A DNA stretch of 56,999 nucleotides, counting the filler, from Dirinaria sp. TL-2023a (lineage: Eukaryota): NCBI GenBank assembly GCA_051941275.1. It is 6 parts of 6 records of this genome, joined end to end, with 100 filler letters (N's around TTAATTAATTAA, not from the genome) between each part and the next. Parts side by side here need not be neighbours in the genome. Positions count along the whole stretch, not along the records: positions 19,056 to 28,475 come from JAVEBF010001058.1; positions 28,576 to 37,993 come from JAVEBF010001059.1; 4 more parts are not named here. One strand, written 5' to 3'. The position numbers and the translations under genes are program-made. Shown here one piece after another: positions 22,813 through 34,138 of this stretch. The notes under the pieces are model-generated. The model was not told where the DNA came from. It searched no databases and was given only the letters and a program-made list of their open reading frames with translations. Every line of letters starts with the position of its first letter. The stretch's first letter is position 1.

Positions 22813-24789
22813 GATGACCGGTTGTGATGGTGAGTCACCGATTTTGTTGGGACGACGGTTCAGGGATGAAGATGGTTGTGATGGATGTGTGTAAAGTTTA
22901 TGATATGAGTGATGGCAGTAGCTGATGGATAGCAACTACTTGCGGTCAGCTTTGGTAGTGATGGACACGGGAGAGAAACTGACCGGGTTCAGAGAAGATG
23001 TGGGTTCATATAGGCAATGCTTGAGCAAGTGTTGCTCTCGCAATATGCGTGATATAATAACGGGTTAAAGAAAGCGTGTTGCGTTAGTGTTCTCGAGGTG
23101 TTTAGGAGTTGTCAACACAGTTGGATGTTGCTCGCTCAGCGCCAATTCAGAAAGCCAGCCAACATTGTGGCATTCTTGAGGTGTTTTGAGCACACTTATT
23201 GTGGGTGTTTTTCGCTGCACGCCACAATAGGAACTTGTCCAAACACCTGAGAACAATCGGCGCAAGGGTATCCACAAGCCATTCCATGACAGTATTTAGT
23301 ATATTCTGATCGGGACTCGGGTGTCTTGAGTCACAGCTTCTCTTTGTCCTCATATCTAGGACTTTTCAATCCCAGTTGTATCTTTGATGAGTTTAAGATG
23401 CTTGTGACTCGCCCTGAGGGATTTATATAGGGGACTCTAGTCCTTTACAGTGTAGTGAATGCGATCTATCTAACACGAGGTAAGAGTGAAGCACAATCCC
23501 TCGTGTCAAAGTGTGTACTTTGACTAATGTTCTCGCAGTATATATTCCGGCTGATCGAACGGCGTTCATCAGAATACTGCCATGATCATCCGTAGTGGCT
23601 GAGTTAGACTGTGATGTCGGGAATCCATAATGAAGTGGCTGGAAACACTTTTTACTGTGAAGATCAGAGCTTGTGCTCAAGGTTGTTCCTTATAGCGAAT
23701 CTTGCTGGCATAAGAAAAGTTGAAACAAAGTATTCTCGCCAAAGTTCACTGGTCGCTAATGAGAGAGAAATCGGAGTAGAATTTCCTCAGTCGATCCAGT
23801 TGCTATTAATGCTGAATTAAAGACTAACGCCATTCTTCGAGTCTAGGCTAGAGTCTATAGCAATAAAATCCAGCCTTGGGAAGCTTGACGCTTTGCGCAA
23901 GTACTTAGTTGAGCTTCTTTATGGATACAGCAATTTACACTACTAAACAAATATAGCAAGCAGAGAAAGGTACATTGACTGGTTATTCGGCCAGCTTGCG
24001 TCCTCGAGAACTCCCTAGTACTTTTTATCAAGACGTATCGAGATTTTAGGAGCACTATCCAGCATAGTCCTGCTCTTGTCTCCAGATGCCGACTACACAG
24101 CTAAGATTAATCGAAAGAGATATCCCTGGAAAGCGCCACGTCTCGACAAATACTAGTGTTGGAATGCAGATACCGCTCGGTGCGGATATCTCGGCTCATT
24201 CAACGAAATGTTTGCTGTACTGTTAGGTAGCCGCAATGCCGTTTGAGATCAACAAAGTGATCGATGGAAGGGCTGAATCTTCACAAAAAACGAGAAGGAG
24301 GAGAAAGAATTCAGAAAGAGAAATAGAAAAAAGGAAAAGAAGAATGAAAGAAAGAGAAGAAAAGAAACAAGGCTGCCGGAAAGTGTGAATCCTTCGAGTA
24401 GACGTCTACCACCCCCGAAGTCCTTTGTGCAGTGAGTAGTAAGCTACAATCAATATTATCGCAAATGATTTTGGAGCGCGAAGCCCCTCCCCAATCTTTG
24501 CGGGAGCTTAGAGCGGCCTGTGGGCAGCGATAGGATGATTTACCGCTACACTCATGCACGTCTTGTTTCATGTGGAGCACTCTCACCTTTAACTTCTCCA
24601 CGGCGACTGCCTCCGAGCGGCAAGGATTCGCATTGCCACAAAAGCTAGGATGGGCGCATTTAGCATCACAACATGTAAGGCGTACTGTGGAGCTGGTCCT
24701 CATTCCTTCTCTCCAAACTTTTACTCTGGCCAGCGTCTCCCATGCATTTAAAGTCTGAGCGTCAGTGTTATAGCTTGCACATTGTGAAA

Positions 24790-25795
24790 ATGGCTTTGAA
24801 GTTGTATTCCGTCATTGCCGTCTTCTACCTCTCATTATTTGTGTTAGCGACTAAAGCAGTAGATCCGAATGCTCATTGCTACGCTGGTAACGGTACGATA
24901 GTCCCCGATCGACCATGCGATACGTCAAGAGACGTCAGCTTCTGCTGCGGTGTAGGCTGGTCTTGCCTTTCCAATGGCCTTTGCCAGTTCAAGCATAGTA
25001 CCTCTTTCGCTGAGGGTACTTGCACCGACACATCATTCCCGGCAAATGCGTGTTTGGGACTGTGCCTAGCTAGTACGTTGACTGTAATCCCATTTCCCTG
25101 AGGAAATACGCGACATACTGATAAACTATGGTGTAACAGGTGGAAACGAGGATCAAACCCTTGTACATGATTGTGGTGGCTCTGGCGATGGGGATACCAA
25201 TAGCTGGTGCTGCGCTGGAGAGCAAGGTACTACCGGGCAGGGTCAAGATTGCTGTTCGACCAATGCCACAACAACGTTGCCCTCTTTTCCCTACTCAACA
25301 GTCACCGTGATCACAGCAGCGTCCACTTCGTCGGTCAAACCACTGTCATTGCTCAATACCGTGTCGCCGGCAAGTGAGCGCAAATCATCTTCTGCTCTGC
25401 GGTCCACGATCCCAATTACACATAAGAGTGTCAGCTCGAGTCGGAATTCGAGTCCAACTTCAAGTGCAAACGTGCCGACTAGCACAACGCAGACGTCCAA
25501 CTCCGTTGACTCTTCAACCCACGATGTCTCGCATAATGTGGCGATTGGCGCAGGTATCGGTGTACCTCTTGGCGCAATTCTCTCCATAGGCCTCATAGTC
25601 TTGTTATATCGGATGAAAAGAATAAAGAAGCAAATGACCGAGTTACAGAGTCATTTGATCAAAGCCGAGGGAAGCGCAAGTGAGCAAGAGGATGGAGAGA
25701 ATCCTCCCCAGATGCAGTATGAATTGGAAACAGGTATAGACCGTGGTGAGCTCGCAGCTGGATACACGAGGCATGAAATGCCGGGCAGAATGTGA
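24790..25795 (+). CDS. Mid2/Wsc-like single-pass cell-surface protein (signal peptide, Cys-rich domain, Ser/Thr stalk, TM)
   Basis: Exons 24790-25072 and 25140-25795. CYAGNG...CCGVGWSCLSNGLC...GTCTD and TM AIGAGIGVPLGAILSIGLIVLLY. Confidence 0.8.
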
Positions 25796-26828
25796 GCGAC
25801 ACTAGGTTCGTCAGACTCAAGTCCTCAAATATATGTTTCCATTCTTTCACAAGACTAGTAAATTCTGTCCCGCAACTTGCCCTGTATGAAGATGTGCACA
25901 CACGTCACTGGTATCTAGTCTTCCGCTGAGATATGTTTGCAGTACGTAACGTCCTAACACATGACAGGCTCAAGAAATTGTAGCTCTGCATACGAGTCAT
26001 GCCAAAGAGAAGGGAAAAAAACCTCATATTTGTTCTAGCTGCTGCATCATTGCAGAACAAGGAATTTTGGTGTCTACTAGACTGAATTCTCGGCAATAGC
26101 CAGCCATGGCCCGGAGGATTCGCCAAAGCGGCAATGAACGAATAATTTGTGTCATATTACCGCCTGACTTATGCGAGCCGTGTTTTGTGTTTGTAGCAGT
26201 ACCATCGACCTTCGACTATTGAGTACAGCCTCTTGCCATTGGCTAGCCTTCCACATCGCTCCTGAGCAAGCGGATCTTGCAGATTCAAAATCGTCTTCCC
26301 ACATCGCGCCCTGTATGAACCTTCCTTAGATATAAACGCTCAACTATGTTTGCTGATTTCGAGGGCCTTTTTGAGAGAGGAACGAACGGAATTGAGTCGC
26401 ATATGGTTTTCGCGGTTGATGAAAACTTGAAGCTCTTCAAACAATGCTTTAAAGGTGTCAGATCTTCTGGAATGTTCATGTAGGAAGCCTTGTCATCATG
26501 GTACCTGGTACGATACGAACAATTATATATCTAGATCATGATTAGCTCAGCTCACAGAGCGTAGCTTGTCAACATCCTGTTCTGATAATCACACTTCCGA
26601 ACCTACCAACTGAATTCCAGTCATTTATTCAAATGTTAAAGTGCAGAACCATGCAAAGCGTCCAGTGGAGCAAGTAAGAGCATTAATTCGAGTAATGAGA
26701 CGTACATGTCTGGTCAGATTGAAAATAAAAGGTAGAAACAGGGACGTGGAAGGGGTCGCGGTTGATTTGCGGACGAATACCGCCCAAACATCCGTATTTC
26801 CCTCACAATATATATTTAATAGGGCGCG

Positions 26829-27034
26829 GTTGAATCTTGCCCACCTTGGCCGAGTGGGAGGTTAGCTTCGAAGAGAACCGTTCCCTGGCCCCCCGGTAAT
26901 CGACGGAGCTAACCCTAAGGGAGTGAGACGGCGAGGAAACGGCTAGACTGATCACCTAGCTGGATCCGAGTCCTTATCCTTTTTGCCTTGGTTCGATTCG
27001 GGCCGAGGTCAACTTTTTTTTTTTTTTTTTTTTT
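26829..27034 (+). ncRNA. Candidate RNA polymerase III-transcribed structured RNA of unknown family
   Basis: AT-rich TATA-like box 26807-26820, A box TGGCCGAGTGG 26847-26857, B box GGTTCGATTC 26990-26999, T5 at 26980-26984, T21 at 27014-27034, several helices. Not a tRNA cloverleaf. Confidence 0.5.
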
Positions 27035-28475
27035 GGCGTTTTTCAAAATAGGGGAGGGGTAAGATGTTTTACACTTTGGACTATTATTGGTTCTAGATGT
27101 TTTTGACATGCAGAACGAGTCCGATGTTGCATGTATGGTGTGGCTGGATCGTTGTACAGAAAAACTGTACTCCACCCCTATCTGACTTCTATTTGCTCAC
27201 ATTCTCAACAAATTATCTACTCCCGTCCCAGTTGCCTCTGAGCTTAACACTAACTAACTCCTCTACGTCGAACCCGCCTTCCTGATTTATCTACACCACG
27301 TCAAACATGGTCAAACTCCCCCCTGATCCCAGAATGCGTCAAATGTCCGATTTCCATCATGCGCGTGTTGAACACAGTTCGAACTACTGACTTCTTCCAG
27401 CACAGGCCTTCCTGGGTATCGCGATCGACAGCCAGATAGATGGTTACGCATACATTATTTTCTACTGCTGACGGCTAGAAGCCACCGAGTGTGAAAAGCC
27501 GGCTATCTCAAGCTTCCAATCACGTTATATAAATCCTCGTCACGCCCACGATCCATCCGCTTCCTCCTTCGCTAACAATTATTGCCGGTATACAGACCGC
27601 TCAGCATTGCCGAAATCGAAAACACAATTTTATTGATTGATATTTACCTACGGTAATTCGAGCTATCAGGACTGATATAATTGATCTCCTTCGTCCGAAA
27701 AGATAGTTCTGTGGAGGTAAATAAATGCATGTACTCAAGACATGGCAGCCCAGTCCTCTTCTTTGCTATCGAATTTCTAACTAATTCTCAAACTGAAGCG
27801 CCTGTCATGTTTCTTCAAGTTCCACCTCTTTCTGTTCAAAAGCTCAGGAGAGCCTCATAAAATGCTTCACGCAAGGAGCTCCTTCCCCTCGTTTACCCTC
27901 GATCAAAACCCTCTGACTGATTGTACAGTCTACGGTACGACATACTCAAATCAGAGTCGTTCGGATGGCAATTCCGTTTGTACAAAATCTGAACATTGTA
28001 TAAAGTTCCCAATCCTTCTGTTCCAGAATATATATACCCATTGTTACCCTCTACTGGCCACTCCATATTTATCTGTCGGACAGAAAAAATCAACAAATAC
28101 AGCAATAATCATTCACCAAAAGAGGCGCCCTCTTTTGGTGCAATGTGCAAGATATTTGCTGTCTTACATTATCGCACCTCGAACTCCTTTCCCTTTGCGA
28201 CTCCATCTTTAGGAATGTGATGTTCTGTATCCTTAATTAATCCTCCGACACCGAAGAATGCTAATTATTATTTCCTAATTGTTAGTAAGGATCTAGGGGT
28301 ACTGGCCTCAGGCACACCGCCTCTCAGGGGTATTGCGCTAAACCTGATCGGGGTGTTTAGCCGCTCCCGCCTACGCAATGTATGCATTGAAAACCTTCTG
28401 TTTGCTAGTAGCAATTTCGGCACTTATTTGAAGCAAAGAAAGAGTCCTTATTTGTTGTTGACTACCTGGCTTAAG

Positions 28476-28575
28476 NNNNNNNNNNNNNNNNNNNNNNNNN
28501 NNNNNNNNNNNNNNNNNNNTTAATTAATTAANNNNNNNNNNNNNNNNNNNNNNNNNNNNNNNNNNNNNNNNNNNN
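28476..28575. other. Artificial contig spacer
   Basis: N run with TTAATTAATTAA core. Confidence 0.98.
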
Positions 28576-29159
28576 GCGTGTCACTCCTCTTCTTGTTCTG
28601 ATATAATCTATCGAGTGTCCGAGACCACCCAAAAAAAAAAAAAAAAAAAAAAAAAGTTGTTCATAGCCGCAATAGTAGAGCGAATATAGCGTACGGGGAT
28701 CCTGTCTTCTCTCCTCTTCACCTGAACCTGAAATAATTATCAATCGCTATGAGGAGGATTTAAACAAATTTCAAGGAAGGGAGGTTTTTTTGGCAGGTAC
28801 CCCGTTTTTCGAAATCGACATGAAATGCCATACATCAGCCATGGCCGTGGGATATCACATATACTTTCAAGTCAAGTATCTTATCTCGATTACACTCCCC
28901 GTCCCAAATTTCAAGGTTTGATGGTCCTTCACTCTCTTCTTCTTCTCTGCGTAGTGAATAGCAGCGAGCATCATGATAGTGCTTGCTACGATCATCGGAT
29001 TCAAGATCGTTCGTAGTCAATGTGAGTCTTGGGACCTATGTGTTGGATGCCTGCGTTTACTTGACTTCTGCGCGCTTGAAGAGACGGATTCTGTTAATAA
29101 GCGCTATGGATTTGCTTCGATCTGAGCAATGAAAATCGTGCATACGGGCTCCATGCCTG

Positions 29160-29300
29160 GAAACTGATGGGATGGTTCTGATCAGCGACTGGCGGATTGC
29201 AGGCAGGGAGATTCCGATGAGTGTAATGATGAACTCGGTCTGCGACGGGATCTAGAAGGTTCTGCCATAATGCTGGAACTGCGGTGGTATAAGGAGGCTC
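29160..29300 (-). pseudogene. Decayed fragment resembling the last TM helix of PTH11-like membrane proteins
   Basis: Translation HYGRTF*IPSQTEFIITLIGISLPAIRQSL resembles W..xE....I..SLP.LR.L; in-frame TAG at 29252-29254. Confidence 0.35.
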
Positions 29301-32273
29301 GGCTCGTAGCGAAGCCCTACTTAACGGGTTTTAAGGCTCGATAATGTCTCGTGAGGTAGGACCGGGTCAGATGAGGGTAGTTTGTGACTTACATACCGGG
29401 CTGACGTGAGTATAGCGACGCATCTGGATGACGAATGCAGTCAGTTTATACGCGGCGACAACACTTGCACTCCTAAAGTCAGATTCCCAGAAACCGCTGA
29501 AAGGACGGAGGATCATCACTTACGCCGCTCCGGGCATGAACAAGGACGCGACATTCGCACGCTTCCTCACAAGCTATTGAAGTTTCCAGACAGGGTACAG
29601 TGGGAGAACAAATAGAATGACATCGAATGTCATGCTGGTGCTGAATAGCGCAACTTGGGTATAGTAGTGGTGTCAGTCGTGGAAATACTGCTGTCTCTCA
29701 AGGGGATGCCATGCATTGTACAATAGCTTACAAATGAAGAATCGATAAGATAAAGAAGACGATGAAATTGACGACTTGTAGAGCTAAGAGGAGCTCTATT
29801 GCGTACTTGATGCGCGATTGAGGGGTTGAAAAAATGCGCTAGCAAAAGACAAAGTAAGGGTAAACGGACTGACAAGGTAAAAGCTGGGTAGAGCCAGGTA
29901 GATCAGAAGATGCTCCACGGAGTCGTGAGTTTTCTTCTACTCTGAGATTCAGATGATAAACTCTCGTTCCGGATGAAGGCCGAACAGATCTTGAACTAGA
30001 TGGAGTACTCCCCCAATTTTATTTCCCAGAGTGGTTTGTCGACTCCAGCGCGAAGATCCACCTACGCAGCCATGGCAGTTCAGTCAATATGAAATGCCTT
30101 CAGTCAACGTTACAAAAGAAGGGTGAGCCTAAGCTTATCCATGGCTAACCAGTGCTGGGATGACTGCGTAATCATCAGCACTCAATGCGCGGGCGGAGAC
30201 TCGCACTCCAAAACGCCATAAGACACACAGAGTGACTAATAACAATCTCAAGAACGATGCATCATGCTGCGATTGAGGAAACCTTATGAGTGTTGTTGAC
30301 CTCCGTAGGAGGCGGGAGAAGAATTTGCTGGAATGAATCCATAATTGTTTCCAACTGGAGCAATCAGCAATGCTACGAGAGAATATGTTATGGGGTCCAC
30401 TTTTGGGGATAGTAATTTCGGCAGAAGCGGATAGTCGATCAGGTGTAGACTTCTCAAGAGTTATCACTGATGTTCATGATGACGAGCAAAAACGTCCGCT
30501 TGCAGTCTGACACATGCGCACAGTGGTCAAACCAGCCTCGCTCCTATCTTTGCTGCATGTCTGCACCTCTTGACCGATCAACGCATTTAATTGACTCTAG
30601 CAAGAAACCTGCCACAGCCGTACAGAACCACGTCGACAGTGAAGCGACGTCCGAGAGGAGATGAAGGTCCGAGAAAATCCCACAGCTTGAGTTCTCTTCT
30701 GTAGACCGCTGCCCATAAGCAAGCTACATCGACCATGACTTTGAAGCATCAACCTTCCCCCCCCCCTATTCAAGACATGCGAAGCTAGTCATAAGACGAG
30801 CATACGCTCTCGCTTGTGCTACGAAACCTACTCAGAACAAATTCAAAAGCACGAGACGATGCAGCTGTCTAACGTCGTGTTCTTTTCGTGTCATATTCAG
30901 AGACACGGAGAGAAAAGAAATATTCGAATTCAGCAGAGTATAGCAATGAAGACAGCTATCTTCCTCATCAGATCAATCGCTCAAGCACGGAAATGTGCAG
31001 TAGATCCACCCCTTAATCCACTGATGCGTAATCAGAGAAATTCTTTGTTTCGAAGAGCTATGACTGCAGTTGCCAACGAGAATCAAGGTAAGATATCTTA
31101 CTATGATGTTCGAAGGTTTTAAGTTAGTATCTTAAAAATTCTTTCTTCCTCTACATGCGAAATTATCACTACTTATTGTCGTCTATCAATGTCTTCTTCC
31201 TCAACTCGATGCTTCAGAATTAGAAATGCAAAGTATGTTCTTTTTCTAGCGGTTTTTAACACTTCACGATTTCTCGATTTGACAGTGGCACTTTCATGGT
31301 GAGTCAGTCCATCGTTACCTCGTGCAATCGTTCTTTGCTCGAACTTCGTTCTTTCGCGAGAGACGAATGAGATATATTCAATCCTGAGACAGCAAAAGGC
31401 CGGAGGATAATGATGGGTGAAAACGAATTAGAGAAAAATGTTACCTGTTGACTGCGCATGTAGGGATGAAAAATTTTTGAGACGTCAAGATTTCGCAATA
31501 CCCATTTAACGCACAAATAGCAAATTCATTTAAGCTGCGCAGCTCGACACTCGCGCTTGACAGATATTGTGATACCTGATCGACACATGAGAATCTTTCC
31601 AGTTTGAATGAGGGTGTGAGGAATTTACGACGATGCGCATGGACCTGTACTGGGACTGGGGCCGAGAATCCTTTGCTCACTGCTGGCGCTTGAGTCCAGG
31701 AATCGCGAATCCATCAATGGACAGTAAACGTCCATATTTTACTCTACCTTAGTCTCTTCCGATCAAGTAGCGAGCGCCCCGGCTCCGCACCGGAAACTAA
31801 CTGGGTGACCGCCCTCAACAGGGGGGTTCTAACAGGCATCCGGTACCCGTGGGGTGCTTATCGTTCATTGGGTCAGCAGTTGTCTCGGGTAACGCTAATC
31901 GTGCTAGCTATGATTTGGCAGGTCAAGGCTGTCCAGTAAGGTAGTGAGAAAAGGTAAGGCAGAAAGGCAGCTTTCCAAATCCGGATAGTGCTTACCACCG
32001 GGCATGTCATTTAAGATCCTTTCGATGCACAAGGTAAAGTATACTCATAGTACTGTGCGCTGTGACACCAGAACCGAGCAAATTTTTGGCCAGTCGGTTG
32101 CCGCCGTCGCCATATCTTCTAGCCATGTCTTGGGAAGGAGCCCGCTCTTCTGCATGACCCGAGGGGGATCCGAACTGTCTGATACCAGCGCTACGTAATG
32201 ACTTGTAATCGTATCTGAACCTATTCGCAGCCTGCGAGTCTGGTTCAAGCCCTCGATCATTTCGCATGGCGGA

Positions 32274-33350
32274 TCACGGATTTTGCGTGTAGCGCCTGGA
32301 CATATATTCCACAAGCAATCCTCCAGTAAGAGAGCCTCCAGCATACCAAAATCCTTTACTGAACCACCACCAACAACTCCATGTATCCTTCAAATCGACT
32401 TCCGCAATCATGAGACCAAGTGAGATTGCTGTACCGCCGACAGCAATCAAATGATATGGTACGGTCAGCCCGCTCAGTCTGCCACAAGCGACCAACAGCC
32501 CAAGCATTAAGGCAAGGAGCTACCAAAGCAGAGGCTTGGTCTAGTCCTAGTACAGGACTGCCAAACTCTTAATGCCAGCTTTGATATCGTCATTGACATC
32601 CTGGTGTGCGTAGACTGTGTCATAAATCATCGTCCATAAAATGCTCGCCAGGAAAAGGCACAATGTCGAAAGCTCTGCGTGAAAGTTTTTGCCCGACCCC
32701 ATGATCCCAAAGGTAAAGGGTTTTAATCCCATGACCAAAGAGCCAATGATGATGCCCCAAGCAAGACAAAAGCCAAGGACCAATTGCGGGCAGTTTATAT
32801 GTCTTTTCGCCCAAGGGTAGTAGATCCACCCTATTATACTCGGTAAAGCATAGAGCGTGCTTTGCAGAAAGGTAAATGGTAGAAACGGTAGGAAAAGTCC
32901 AGCGCCAAGGGCTTGGGTTAAAGTGAACACAAGTGCGGCCTATGATGATACTGCACCGCGAGGGATCGGGCGATGGCGAGTACGCTCCACGAGTTTGTCC
33001 AAGGGCGCATCGATCAAATCGTCCCATATATGGATGGCGTTTGAGACAAAGAAGCTTCCGCCGAGCATGGTCACGCTCTTCTGGAGCGTGTGATATGGCG
33101 GGGATTGCTGGAGAACAGCGGCATGCAGAACACCAAAGAGGTGGGGGAAGTAGATGAGGAAAAGACCCGCGGGCGGGTTCAACCGTGCCAATTGCACATA
33201 TGGCAGCCATGAATCCGGAAGGACTGCTATCCAGCCCGAGTTCACGTTGCCGCCGTACTGTTGGGCGACCGAGCAATCCTCGGAAGACATTTGTGACGGA
33301 GTGGAAGGCGAGCCATGCTTTCGGGAGTTGCGTTCGAGGGAAGTCATCAT
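32274..33350 (-). pseudogene. UbiA-family aromatic polyprenyltransferase (secondary-metabolism type) with four in-frame TAG stops
   Basis: LPDSWLPYVQLARL, WDDLIDAPLDKLVERTRHRPIPRGAVS, YDTVYAHQDVNDDIKAGIKSLAVL. Single frame, with TAG at 32940-32942, 32547-32549, 32541-32543 and 32520-32522. Confidence 0.85.
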
Positions 33351-34138
33351 GAACGGAAAGCTAAGGAGTTTTCCTTCGATAGAAGGGACGCTGCGCAGTG
33401 ACTGTACGTGAAAAACGCAATGGGGATTTTGCAATGAACAAGAATGGCCCATGAGAGAGCATGAGCGGGGTTAAGGTATGTATAGGGGACACTAAATTCC
33501 AATTCTTCTGCTTGCAAATCCAAGTACGCAGCCTGTGTGGTAGTAATACCAACTGTACTTTACGTTACTCACATTGTCCAACACCACAGCGAATGGAACT
33601 TTGACCGAGCTTCGAGGAATTGGGCGAACTGCCGATCATACCTCGCACACTTCTCATGTAAGCGAGCGGTTGAGCCTGGCTGAGCGGATGCTGGATGGGC
33701 TGTAGGAATGTGTGGGCTCGGAGCTGAACTTGCACACTTGCTACCCAATCGTATGCCAAGCTTGCTTTGGGCCTAATAATACAAGAGAAGAGTACCTACC
33801 TAGAGGTACGGTACCTTACTACCTACCTTAGGTACCTTAAGGTACCTGTAAAATGCTTTACTTACATGTACAGTACATCTGGATGCAGCAGCAAGTGGAA
33901 CCGAACCTACCGTACCGTACCTTAAGGAAGATGAACCCTCCAAGGCCCCGGACTTGTCTGCATTACCTTACCTGTATAGCATCTGAAGGTTCAGTCCCTA
34001 CTGAGTACTGTACCGACCTTACTGTACTCGTACCTTACCTTCACCGGAATGTTGCGTAAGGGATTACCTTAGGGCCTCCTTAGCCATCACTCGTCCTCTA
34101 CCTTACCTAAAAATTGGGTAAGGCATCCTTGGTCAGCA

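Noticed and set aside
26840..27010. tRNA gene with a long intron, or hammerhead/HDV ribozyme
   Set aside because: No matching acceptor stem or clean T stem; CTGATCA is not the CUGANGA hammerhead core; the TTCCTCGC on the minus strand lacks a proper HDV P3/P1.
28297..28370. TPP riboswitch-like AACCTGATC hairpin
   Set aside because: Lacks the CTGAGA and TAAT...GCG core and there is no thiamine gene nearby.
32520..32942. Genome-wide TAG reassignment to Gln
   Set aside because: TAG ends several intact genes here (CFEM protein, catalase, GPR89, pad-1), and the conserved genes have no internal TAG.
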